This document shows, piece after piece, positions 33,101 to 41,695 of a stretch of 64,000 nucleotides of DNA. Below the pieces are notes generated by a model. The model was not told the DNA's origin and ran no database searches. It was given only the letters and a program-made list of their open reading frames with translations. The position numbers were made by a program, and so were the translations under genes. The stretch lies in IMG/VR virus record IMGVR_UViG_3300013902_000015, positions 661-64,660 of that record. One strand, given 5' to 3'. Within the stretch, counting starts at the first letter, position 1, and each line of letters begins with the position of its first letter. This DNA is from a virus. Lineage: Duplodnaviria; Caudoviricetes.

Positions 33101-36100
33101 ACTCCAACGGCTTTGTGAGCGTACTGGGCGAGACCGCCCTGCGCATAGCGGAGAACGTGAAAGCAGAGATACCCTACGCGCCTTTCGCCTCGTCTGCATT
33201 GGAGACAAGCGGTGCCGCCATACAGATGGCATTCTCCACGAAGAGCATCAAGGACAAGACCGCCAGACTGTGCGAGTGCTATGACCCTGCGGCAGGTGTG
33301 GGCTTCTACATACAGGGCAACGAGATTGTACTTACCGTGCAGAGCGGAACGCCCAAGGAGCAGCGTGTCGGTTTCAAATGCTCGGAGAAGATAACCGTGG
33401 CCGTGGTGGTAGAACCCGGAAGCAAATATGTGACCTATAAAGCCAACGGCCAGTCGGCAGGAACAAACTACGCCTTTGTGAAACTCTATGTGAACGGTGA
33501 GGAGTGTGCCGCCATCGGCTACCAACCCGGCACAAGCGCACTGCGACAGAACAAGACCATCACGTTCAACTCGGAGAGCGGAGACATCAGCGTGAACTAC
33601 GTCATGGCATACAGCAGTTATATGGAATGGTTGCAAGCATTCAGAAACTACCTGTGCAAGCTGAGTGACGTGAAAGCCATGATAGCCGAGTATGACAAGG
33701 AGAACGTGCTTGACACCACAGGCAAGCCAAGCATGACACTGATGGAAGCCAAGGGAATGCCCTACTATGTCATCGTGGCCGACCAGACCACCTTCAACAA
33801 CTACGACTATGCACTGAACGGAGGCACAAGCACCAGCGACCAGTTCGCCTGTACGTTGTACTACTTCAACCCACAGCACCCCGAGGTGAACTTCAAGGCC
33901 ATCAACGTGCTATGGAGACGACAAGGAACGACCTCGGCACAGCGACCCATCAAGAACGACCGCTTCAACTTCAACAAAAAGAACAAGGCCACAGGCAAGA
34001 AAGCCACCGTGACTCTGCTCAATCCCGATGAAAGCACGGAGTTGGGACGCAAGGCCATACTTGCCGCCAAGCACAACAAAGTGTTCGTGAGTGAGAACGG
34101 CATGTTCGTGGACGTGATAACCGTAAAGGTAGACTATTCGGACAGCAGCAACGCCAACGACTGCGGAGTGTGCGACATGATGAACGCCACGTTCCGCGCA
34201 CTCGGTGCAGCCTACCAAACCCCAGCACAACGTGCCTATGACGGCACGCAGGACTTGGGAGACGGAGACGTGCTGACAGGCTTGCAGATGGATCACTCCA
34301 CGAAGAACCACCCGATAGCCTGTTTCCGTGCTACAAGCGACACCTTGCAGGACGCATGGTTTCATGCCAAAGGCAACTGGAAAGAGGACAAGGGCGAGCA
34401 GACCGCCCTCGGCTTCAAGGACACGCCCGGCTACAACCTCGGCTGCTTGAACTACGGAGACTTTATAGAATACTTCGGCACGCAAGGCGAGACACTCGCC
34501 CAGACAGAGGCACGCTTCAAGCAAGATAGCGACCTTGACACAGGGAGCGTGTATCTCATCTCGCAATACTGCGGACAGGACTATGCCATCTACCGCTACA
34601 AGGACGGAGCGTGGAAACGCTCGACAGGCTCGATGAAGCAGGTGAACGGCAAGTGGAAAGTGACGGGAGACGTGCTGAACCCCGTGACAGGCTACGAACT
34701 GCTGCAATATGCAGGTATGGACTGGTGGCAAGGTGTGACTACCGTAGAGGACATGATGAAGCCGATAGCGCAGAAGTCATCGTGGGTCAACAAACTCGGC
34801 TTGGCCGCAGAGACCTATCCTGCATGGACATACTACTTCGAGTGCATGGTGGACAACGACCAGTTGCAGGAAGACTTGGCACTGGGAAAGAAAGTACCCT
34901 ACGACCTCTTCAACCTGCTGCGTTTCTTTGACAGTTGCGACTACTCCAAAGTGGACGGCTGGCAGAAGATATGGAAAGAGAACGCCTACAAATATATGTC
35001 TCTTGAGAGTGCGATGGCCTACACCGCATTCACCGACTACCTCGCATCCGTTGACCAGCGAGCCAAGAACATGCAGCCTATGTTCTTCTTGGAAGACGGC
35101 TGTTCGGTGGAAAATGGTGTCTATTCGGGCTACAAGAACATGATGCCGACAAGAATGTACCTCAATAAGGTATATGACTGCGACACCTGCAACCAAAGCG
35201 ACAATGATGGTGGCAAGAGCATAGACCCCGAAGTTGACCCCAACAAGCCCACCGACAACGAGACAGGCTACACCAACCCCTACATGGGAAGCGGAAGCGT
35301 GCTGTTCAACAACATGGACAAGCAGCAAGAGTGCTGGAACTCAAACGACCTCGGGGCGACAACCATATCGCTGAAATCGGTGGTGAACAAAATGCGCAAC
35401 CAAACCTCGGAGATAGACGGCAAGACGATGGTTCCGTTCTCCCCGGACGGAGCGACCCACTTCTTTGTGGACGAGCGTCTGCAGTTCTGGCCAAAGGTGG
35501 TGAGCAGCTATGACGGAGAACGCAAGTACATTGACCACACCAGCATAGCCAACCTGCCATATTTCTATGCCCTGCACGGACTGGGACTCACCTCGCTGCC
35601 ACGCTTCATAGAACAGCGGTGGACAATCAGAGACGGCTACTACCAGACAGGCGACTTCTTCACCAATCCGTTGAGCGGACGTGTGTCGGCCATCAGCGAT
35701 GACGCAAAAATATACATCACCGCAGCCGCCACCGGATATTTCGGCATAGGCAATGACGCAAGCGGACAGTTGAGCGAGACCGTGTTTCTTGAAGCAGGAC
35801 AGAGCCATGCGTTCACGCAGTTTGCCCATGACGCAGGAGCACTGCTGTACATCTATCAGCCGGGGCGCATGAGCAAGATTGACCTCTCGGAGATAACCCT
35901 TGCGTTCCACTTCAATGACCTGAGCAAACTGACGCTGTGCGAGGAGATTGTTCTTGGAGGCACGAAGCATACCGCCAACACCTCGCTGAACGGATTTGAG
36001 CCACTGAGCAACATCAAGTTGGGCGACATGCCGTTCCTGCGCAAGCTGGACGTGAGCAAGACCACCGCCACCAGCATAGACGCGAGCGGATGCCCACGAA

Positions 36101-38247
36101 TGGAGAGCATCAACGCCAGTTATACACAGCTGACCAGTTGCGACCTTGCACAGACATCACCGATAGAGAGCCTTGTGTTGCCAAGCAGCGTGACCAAACT
36201 GGAACTTGTGAACCTGCCCAAGCTGACCTATCCCGGAGGACTGGAGATAGCCAGCGTGGAGAACATCAATCGCCTGTGGGTAGAGGGGTGCAGCTTCATT
36301 GACACGGAAAGCCTTGTGCTGACCATAGCCGAGGCAGGAGCAGTGAGAGAAGTGCGCATACCGAACATCAACATGACCGCCAGTGTGAAAGTGTTGCGGC
36401 AGTTGAAGAAGACCAACGCGATAGGTCTTGACGCATCGGGTAAGGCATACGAAGAGACCGGGCAATGCTCGGGCATCACGGGACGCTGGATATTGTCGGA
36501 ACTCATCGAGGACGAGGATGTGGACGGAGAGGCAGGAATGAAGAGCCTTGCGGCCTATTTCCCCGAACTGGAACTCATCAACTCGCAGTTCTCGGTGTTG
36601 AAGATAAACGACATTGTGAGCGGAGACTTCTGCGAGAGATACAGCAATCCCGAAAACGAGACAGGCTCGGACTACGACAAGAACTTCGTGGCAAGCGGAC
36701 ACACGCTGAAGATATTGCAGAACACCCATGCCTACAAATGCACCTACAACTCCAAACTGAAACAGATGGAGGGCGTGCAGTTGAGTGATACCGACTTCAA
36801 CAACCTTGCCACAGGCGAGAGTTTCGATGTGGGCGACAGCGCAGGAGAGGGGTTTGACATCTTCCACCATCTGCCACACCACTGGTATAAAGGCGTGAAC
36901 GACTACAAGACACAGCAGAAGTACATCATCTATTCCACCACGGAGGAAGAGCCGCTATCCACCGTAACCAGCAAAAAGGAGGCGATGCTGTCGGGACTTC
37001 TCTATGCAGAGAACACAGGCGTTTATGCTGATGAAGCCGTTGTGGGCGAAGCCTTGGACGAGACCGTTATCACCACGGCAGCCAACGTGAACACCTACCG
37101 TATGGACGTGGAGGGCATGAAACAGGTGAGATGGCCGGGACTGAACCACGCAAGGCTCGGTGCGGTGTTCACGGACGGGAACGACAAGATAGTTGGCAAG
37201 TTCAACATGATGGTGAGCCACACCTACTTTGACTTTCTGATAGGCAACTATGTGTTCTGCGATGTGCCGAGCGGAGCAAAACGAATGTATTTCACCTCGT
37301 ACCGGGACATTGGCGACATCAAGTGTCTTGCTGTGGACAGTGCGCACATAGAAGCCATAGAACCCGAATGGACGGAACACACCGTGGGCGAGGTAGACAG
37401 TCTCGTAGGGACGTACCCCATCACTATTGACGGACTGAAACGGCCACGCAGCCTTTCGGGAGCGGTGCGTTCCAAGAAAGGAGACGGAACGTCACAGACC
37501 TCAACCGAATGGGCATACGACACGGACGGCAATCCTACAGAAACACCGACAGGGACAATCCACTACACGGCAAAGGACTTCCAAAACAGCGCACACATGC
37601 GCGGTGAGGGCTACCAGCTACAGGACTACGAGCAGCACAAGGAAATCAGCAATCTGTGGTGGGCGACCCACGGCACGACCAACGAGCAGTCGGTGGTGGG
37701 CAATGGCGCACATGATGCCACGCTGAACGCCCAAGACAAGATAGGCATGGCAGACACAGCGTATGTGGGCAACGCCTTGAACTCCATTATGGGACTGAAG
37801 CACTATGTGGGCTGTGACTCGGAATGGATGGACTACATAGCAGGGAACGTGAAGAGCTACGAGACATTCTACAAGAACCGTTGCGTAGATACGAACGATG
37901 ACCCCATAGATTATGTCTTCCACATCTACGACCCGGTGAAGAAAACCGAGCGCACCGTGCAGAGCGTGACCAGCAACGGCAACTGCGTGGTGAGAGTGGT
38001 GCATGGAGCTAAGTGTGACATTTTGCCCAGCAAGGTGCATCAGACAGACGCAAGCAAGTACACCACCCACTATGCGGCAGGCTTGTGGTTTCCCGGCAGC
38101 AGAGGCCGCTGTGTTCTGCGGTCTGGCTACTACTCGTTTGCGAGCAGCGGTCTCGCCTATGCGAGCGCGAACAACGCTGCTTCGTTCTCGTACGCGTACT
38201 GCGGTGGGCGGCTGGCCTTCCGCGGAAAATTCGTGATAGTCGGATAA
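30175..38247 (+). CDS. Large tail-fibre/adhesin-like protein, DGR target (coiled coil, CotH-like motifs, LRR, C-terminal variable lectin-like domain)
   Basis: 2,690 aa. N-terminal heptads then GIAPLDDNGQVSSQYLPGYVDDV. DQRAKNM and YDCDT (~35050-35190). LRR-like repeats (~35850-36450). C-terminus ...RSGYYSFASSGLAYASANNAASFSYAYCGGRLAF contains the VR. Confidence 0.8.
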   Translation: MSSIPTKQIDGDVAVGRNVSMGGSGTVRGSMTVGHNLTVEGWLEAKNIKGPNKGLFKTAAQLREAYPNPHEGWWALVTVEGSASSDHLGQLFVADGGTWVAQVDSSGNPLLKGNPTVDSTEYMEAVEEMTADLEAVKVDVNQNKEDIKSLRSTQTTNTTSINNLNTQMATAQTDIANLKSGVNSVQSDLNDFKNTKGVANGIAPLDDNGQVSSQYLPGYVDDVLEFGGIMEVTAQLMSLAKKSTDEGCSIIYNSKTNTFVIANTTSTDEGEKTVTYYNNWSDADLFGISGFNGVTPHSGKIFMDVTTNKTYRWSGTTLAVIGSDLALGHKSGTAFPGDEGADLQERMTEVESTADINRQLIDENSAETLYRNTINANDLLSLGSGKTTFSVVLDSISKLANFARYKKPGIVLTFITENGIQNKQWTNCGTQSTDDWKKESNWTDFGSNGSAIGNTVNVNDICEDTEYTLSTAIKAVQDKEKESGLSYMKSGVVLTYKTAETDANQAPKWEAYQFTRAVGDINPADLKPWVAFGGGGNQVETTDTVEKDSDKAVTSGGVYEALQTRPVANFNDESTAEDYVFQGVNEKGEKVGDPIKIPRSNGGGTQSGSTLNIYPESQAVWGAFGSKIVLRAAIKSVSFDGDTEIPGTIKTISIMDALTKMVLWSEVVNTSSSTSATNYTFEFDFTDFITSASSKDFIIGATDADGNSKTRTITVTAVDVTCTCIQPLFYSSPTALEVGGKEKSLPMYKFENNVSTKQGILVTTEMYYKGEWKTLGTATVTDSYSHNISINPCNVFGGGERLEHGAYPLRIKGRDVASGVEGNTIHTAVMCIDAANQTPVVALRYDDNNNGKVRLYDNLTLDIAAYTPGKTTTAVEVLMDGMVITSVNCPISQTYSVSKQIQGYASDGTKHFDIFARSGEAKSETITLTVEGSAIDASVKEGALFAFDFSTRSNSETDHTIKDGEYAMSVEGSNWNSNGFVSVLGETALRIAENVKAEIPYAPFASSALETSGAAIQMAFSTKSIKDKTARLCECYDPAAGVGFYIQGNEIVLTVQSGTPKEQRVGFKCSEKITVAVVVEPGSKYVTYKANGQSAGTNYAFVKLYVNGEECAAIGYQPGTSALRQNKTITFNSESGDISVNYVMAYSSYMEWLQAFRNYLCKLSDVKAMIAEYDKENVLDTTGKPSMTLMEAKGMPYYVIVADQTTFNNYDYALNGGTSTSDQFACTLYYFNPQHPEVNFKAINVLWRRQGTTSAQRPIKNDRFNFNKKNKATGKKATVTLLNPDESTELGRKAILAAKHNKVFVSENGMFVDVITVKVDYSDSSNANDCGVCDMMNATFRALGAAYQTPAQRAYDGTQDLGDGDVLTGLQMDHSTKNHPIACFRATSDTLQDAWFHAKGNWKEDKGEQTALGFKDTPGYNLGCLNYGDFIEYFGTQGETLAQTEARFKQDSDLDTGSVYLISQYCGQDYAIYRYKDGAWKRSTGSMKQVNGKWKVTGDVLNPVTGYELLQYAGMDWWQGVTTVEDMMKPIAQKSSWVNKLGLAAETYPAWTYYFECMVDNDQLQEDLALGKKVPYDLFNLLRFFDSCDYSKVDGWQKIWKENAYKYMSLESAMAYTAFTDYLASVDQRAKNMQPMFFLEDGCSVENGVYSGYKNMMPTRMYLNKVYDCDTCNQSDNDGGKSIDPEVDPNKPTDNETGYTNPYMGSGSVLFNNMDKQQECWNSNDLGATTISLKSVVNKMRNQTSEIDGKTMVPFSPDGATHFFVDERLQFWPKVVSSYDGERKYIDHTSIANLPYFYALHGLGLTSLPRFIEQRWTIRDGYYQTGDFFTNPLSGRVSAISDDAKIYITAAATGYFGIGNDASGQLSETVFLEAGQSHAFTQFAHDAGALLYIYQPGRMSKIDLSEITLAFHFNDLSKLTLCEEIVLGGTKHTANTSLNGFEPLSNIKLGDMPFLRKLDVSKTTATSIDASGCPRMESINASYTQLTSCDLAQTSPIESLVLPSSVTKLELVNLPKLTYPGGLEIASVENINRLWVEGCSFIDTESLVLTIAEAGAVREVRIPNINMTASVKVLRQLKKTNAIGLDASGKAYEETGQCSGITGRWILSELIEDEDVDGEAGMKSLAAYFPELELINSQFSVLKINDIVSGDFCERYSNPENETGSDYDKNFVASGHTLKILQNTHAYKCTYNSKLKQMEGVQLSDTDFNNLATGESFDVGDSAGEGFDIFHHLPHHWYKGVNDYKTQQKYIIYSTTEEEPLSTVTSKKEAMLSGLLYAENTGVYADEAVVGEALDETVITTAANVNTYRMDVEGMKQVRWPGLNHARLGAVFTDGNDKIVGKFNMMVSHTYFDFLIGNYVFCDVPSGAKRMYFTSYRDIGDIKCLAVDSAHIEAIEPEWTEHTVGEVDSLVGTYPITIDGLKRPRSLSGAVRSKKGDGTSQTSTEWAYDTDGNPTETPTGTIHYTAKDFQNSAHMRGEGYQLQDYEQHKEISNLWWATHGTTNEQSVVGNGAHDATLNAQDKIGMADTAYVGNALNSIMGLKHYVGCDSEWMDYIAGNVKSYETFYKNRCVDTNDDPIDYVFHIYDPVKKTERTVQSVTSNGNCVVRVVHGAKCDILPSKVHQTDASKYTTHYAAGLWFPGSRGRCVLRSGYYSFASSGLAYASANNAASFSYAYCGGRLAFRGKFVIVG
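38105..38214 (+). repeat. DGR variable repeat (VR)
   Basis: 110-nt match to 39059-39168 with 13 mismatches, 12 of them at TR adenines. Confidence 0.95.
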
Positions 38248-38276
38248 GCGGCAAGCGAAGCCACGAAAAAAGCGTT

Positions 38277-38340
38277 AGAGGGAGAGCCGACGAAAGGAGG
38301 CTGCTCCCTCTCCCTGCTTACTCGCGTAAGCGAGTTTTTT
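38277..38340 (+). terminator. Two hairpins downstream of VR (DGR cis element and/or intrinsic terminator)
   Basis: AGAGGGAG-AGCC / GGCTGCTCCCTCT stem (38277-38311). ACTCGC-GTAA-GCGAGT followed by a T run (38320-38340). Confidence 0.6.
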
Positions 38341-38364
38341 AATGAGCAATGCAAAATAAATAGA

Positions 38365-38402
38365 AAAGTTGTAGGATATATCAACTTTAAGTATTACCTT
38401 TG
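38365..38402 (+). promoter_or_regulatory. Toxin-antitoxin operon promoter with inverted-repeat operator
   Basis: AAAGTTG-N10-CAACTTT (38365-38388). TACCTTTG at 38395-38402, 4 nt before the ATG. Confidence 0.6.
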
Positions 38403-38406
38403 CAGC

Positions 38407-38742
38407 ATGAATTCAGAACGAAAGATATTGCTTTACAAAGACTACTTCCTTACGTTCTACCGCTCTTTGGAAATGGGCGCACAGAAAAAGATAGACTATG
38501 TGCTTGATACGCTGAAGACGCAGGAAAGAGTGAGCGAGAGATTTGTGAAATTCATAAGGGACGGACTCTTTGAAATAAGAGCCTCCCACAACGGAAATAT
38601 ATATCGTGCGTTCTTCATATTCGATGAGGGCAACATCGTGATGCTTTTCAACGGCTTTCAGAAGAAGAGCCAGAAGACACCCTCAAAGGAAATAGAGAAA
38701 GCACTTGAACTTAAAAAGGAATATTATGCAGCAAAGAAATGA
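38407..38742 (+). CDS. RelE/HigB-family (Gp49-like) toxin
   Basis: 111 aa with GLFEIRAS...IYRAFF...LFNGFQKKSQKTPSKEI, characteristic of this family. Confidence 0.85.
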   Translation: MNSERKILLYKDYFLTFYRSLEMGAQKKIDYVLDTLKTQERVSERFVKFIRDGLFEIRASHNGNIYRAFFIFDEGNIVMLFNGFQKKSQKTPSKEIEKALELKKEYYAAKK

Positions 38743-39028
38743 CATTACCAGTTTCGATGCCATTCTTGATGCCAAGTATGGTGCTGTAGGAACTGCGGAG
38801 AGAGAAGCATTCAGAAAGGAAGCCAGCAATTATTGTGTTGGTCAGATAATCCTTGACGCAAGAAAGCAAGAGCACATGACACAATCAGACCTTGCCAAGA
38901 AAGTGGGAACGGACAAGACCTATATCTCACGCATTGAGAAAGGTGTGATAGAACCCGGTGTAGGCATGTTCTTCCGCATCATCGAGGCATTGGGATTGAA
39001 AGTGGACATCGTGCGCCCGATTATGTAA
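38726..39028 (+). CDS. XRE-family HTH antitoxin (HigA-like)
   Basis: ARKQEHMTQSDLAKKVGTDKTYISRIEKG helix-turn-helix. Overlaps the toxin 3' end. Confidence 0.85.
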   Translation: MQQRNDITSFDAILDAKYGAVGTAEREAFRKEASNYCVGQIILDARKQEHMTQSDLAKKVGTDKTYISRIEKGVIEPGVGMFFRIIEALGLKVDIVRPIM

Positions 39029-39058
39029 CAAAAGGAACAAAGGCAGAAAATCCCACGC

Positions 39059-39168
39059 GCCGCTGTGTTCTGCGGTCTGGCAACAACTCGAATGCGAACA
39101 GCGGTCTCGCCTATGCGAACGCGAACAACGCTTCTTCGAACTCGAACACGAACTACGGTGGGCGGCTG
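39059..39168 (+). ncRNA. DGR template repeat (TR)
   Basis: Non-coding copy of the VR with 10 AAC/AAT codons in the VR frame, directly upstream of the RT. Confidence 0.92.
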
Positions 39169-39205
39169 AAATTCTTGGTGGTTAAAATAATCGGGGGACT
39201 CTGAC

Positions 39206-40768
39206 GTGGCACGAGTATTGCCGCAAACAAACTCCGAGGGATTAGAGCCTCGGCAACAGCATATAAATATGGAAAGCCGGAACATAACAACAACCACAAG
39301 TGGGGAGTTGCCAACGCACTCCCCACAGGACAGGAAGGCTGTCAATACATTGGAAGAATTATTGGAACAGGTAGGAGAAAAGACTTCTACCTGTTTTGTT
39401 GCGTACCCACTGACAAACCTTATACCCGAAATCATTGCGGACGACAACATGGAACACTCGTTCAAACGAGTGATGTCGAACCTGCACAATGCAGACACGA
39501 GGAACGGCTTGCGGTGGAGAGAGAAGATAAAGATAGACGGTGTGGAATGTACGCCAAGAATGGTGCGCTACATGAAGCGCAAGGCTGACATTATAGCCAT
39601 GCTGAAGAAGCAGATTGCAGACGGCACATTCCGCATACGACACCTTAAATCGTTTGAGACTAAGGACGGTCCAAAGGTGAGAACCGTACAAGCACCGTCT
39701 GTAATAGAACGTGTAGGCAGCAATGCCATCATGGAAGTGGTGGAACGACACCTTGCTTCCATATTGATAGAGAACACAGCAGCCTCGATAGAGGGGCGCG
39801 GTCCACATGGGCTGTATCACAAGATGCAGGAAGCGAGAGCAGACAATCCCGACCTCATCTATTACTATCAGAGCGACTACAAAGGTTACTATGACCACAT
39901 ACGGCACGACCGACTGATAGCAACCATCAAATGTTACATTGCCGACCCGATACTACTGCCCATACTCATAGACTTTGTAAAGGCATTGCACCCGGAAGAG
40001 AACGTGGGCATCAGTAAGGGACTGCGCTCCTCGCAATTCTTTGGCAACTTGTACCATAACGACATAGACCACAGAATGGAAGAGGCTTGCGGCAAAGACC
40101 GCTACTTCAGATTTTGTGATGACATCTACATATTGGGAAGCGACAAAAGAGAATTGTGGAAACTGCGCGACCTACTGCATAAGGAAAGCGCACCCTACAA
40201 TCTCATCATCAAGCCCAGTGAAAAGGTTGCCCCAGTGAGTGCAGGAATGGACGCATTGGGATTTGTGGACTATGGTGACCACTCACGGCTACGGAAGCGC
40301 ACAAAGGTGAATGCCGCGCGGAAACTGGCAAAGATAAAGTCGAGAAAGCGAAGACAACAAATTATAGGCTCGTTCAAAGGAATGGCATGTCATGCAGACT
40401 GCCAGCATTTATATTATAAATTAACAGGTAAACACATGAAGAAATTTTCAGAAATGGGCGTGACCTATACCCCTGCGGACGGCAAGAAACGCTTTCCCGG
40501 CAAGGTGACACGCTTGGGTGACATCGTGAACATCCCAATTGAAATTCACGACTTCGAGACAGGCATAGACACCAAAGAGGGCGAAGACCGCTACTTGGTG
40601 TCGTTCCGTAATCCCACTAACTCGGAATGGGGCAAGTTCTTCACCGCCTCGCAAGAGATGAAAGGAATACTTGACCAGATAAGCGATATAGAGGACGGCT
40701 TCCCATTCGAGACCATCATCAAGTGTGAGGTGTTTGATGGAAGCAAGCGCAAGTATAACTTCACTTGA
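39206..40768 (+). CDS. DGR reverse transcriptase with ~110-aa C-terminal extension
   Basis: SDYKGYYDHI, GISKGLRSSQFFGNLY (SQ motif of DGR RTs) and RFCDD. The true start may be a downstream Met. Confidence 0.92.
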   Translation: MARVLPQTNSEGLEPRQQHINMESRNITTTTSGELPTHSPQDRKAVNTLEELLEQVGEKTSTCFVAYPLTNLIPEIIADDNMEHSFKRVMSNLHNADTRNGLRWREKIKIDGVECTPRMVRYMKRKADIIAMLKKQIADGTFRIRHLKSFETKDGPKVRTVQAPSVIERVGSNAIMEVVERHLASILIENTAASIEGRGPHGLYHKMQEARADNPDLIYYYQSDYKGYYDHIRHDRLIATIKCYIADPILLPILIDFVKALHPEENVGISKGLRSSQFFGNLYHNDIDHRMEEACGKDRYFRFCDDIYILGSDKRELWKLRDLLHKESAPYNLIIKPSEKVAPVSAGMDALGFVDYGDHSRLRKRTKVNAARKLAKIKSRKRRQQIIGSFKGMACHADCQHLYYKLTGKHMKKFSEMGVTYTPADGKKRFPGKVTRLGDIVNIPIEIHDFETGIDTKEGEDRYLVSFRNPTNSEWGKFFTASQEMKGILDQISDIEDGFPFETIIKCEVFDGSKRKYNFT

Positions 40769-40843
40769 TAACGGCTCACTAAAGATAAAAAGCAGGAAAT
40801 GGTGTGTCGGTGTATCTTTGCAGCGTAACAAATTCATAGCGAC

Positions 40844-41317
40844 ATGGAGAAGATATACGGAACAACCCAACGGCAGGACGGACTGCAACGCATAGGTAAG
40901 AGCAAGTGGCAGTTGTACTACGGCTTCTACGAGGCAGACGGCAGCACCTACGAATACCGCCATACGTTCACCCACAAACCAAGCCTTGAAGAAATCAAGG
41001 AACTTGTGAGAGACGCAATTGATGCGGAAACCAAAGACAAGATAGTGAACCAGTTTGAGTATGACGGCATCAAGGTGTGGCTCACAGACGAGAAGCAGCG
41101 CAACTATGCCTCAATAGAAAACAATGAGGACATAGCCTATCCTCTGACACTGAAACTCAATGAGGAAGCAGACGCAACACCTATCTACCATACATTCCAG
41201 ACGAGAGAGGAGTTTGTCAAGTTCAGCAAAGCCGCATTCGCCTACATTCTGAAAACCATTTCTGACGGCTGGAAAGAAAAGGACAGTGTGGACTGGAGCG
41301 TGTTTGAGACAGCGTAA
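40844..41317 (+). CDS. Hypothetical phage protein (tail-associated, DUF4376-like)
   Basis: 157 aa with KDKIVNQFEYDG..VWLTDEKQRN. TATCTTTG at 40813-40820. Confidence 0.55.
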   Translation: MEKIYGTTQRQDGLQRIGKSKWQLYYGFYEADGSTYEYRHTFTHKPSLEEIKELVRDAIDAETKDKIVNQFEYDGIKVWLTDEKQRNYASIENNEDIAYPLTLKLNEEADATPIYHTFQTREEFVKFSKAAFAYILKTISDGWKEKDSVDWSVFETA

Positions 41318-41338
41318 AAGATTAGAACCCGATAAATG

Positions 41339-41375
41339 AAGGGACGCAGGAGAAAATTCCAGCGTCCCTTTTTTT
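41339..41375 (+). terminator. Intrinsic terminator
   Basis: AAGGGACGC...GCGTCCCTT followed by a T run. Confidence 0.75.
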
Positions 41376-41455
41376 CGTATGCCACAACAGATAAAAAGGA
41401 AAGAGCCTTATGTATAAATAATTTTGCATTCGTGAACATTAAACAAGTAATGAAC

Positions 41456-41695
41456 ATGAAGAAGATTATCAGATGGCTCGGAGCGAGCAACCGATACAAA
41501 CACTTTGTGGGCGGTGTGGTGATAGGACTGGGAGCAGACAGCACCTATTGCGCAGCGTATGCAGGAGTGGGCGTAGCCGCAGCCTTGGAACTCAAAGACG
41601 AGTTGTGGGGCGGCAAGTGGGATTGGATAGACTTTGGCTGCACGGTGGCCGGAGTAGTTGTAGGACGCTTAACAAGATGGGCAGTATGGCAGTAG
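41456..41695 (+). CDS. Small membrane protein
   Basis: MKKIIRWLG... with Gly/Ala-rich hydrophobic segments. TAATTTTG at 41419-41426. Confidence 0.6.
   Translation: MKKIIRWLGASNRYKHFVGGVVIGLGADSTYCAAYAGVGVAAALELKDELWGGKWDWIDFGCTVAGVVVGRLTRWAVWQ

Noticed and set aside
38250-39270. avd accessory gene
   Set aside because: The only ORFs between VR and RT are a clear RelE-type toxin and an XRE antitoxin. No four-helix-bundle candidate.
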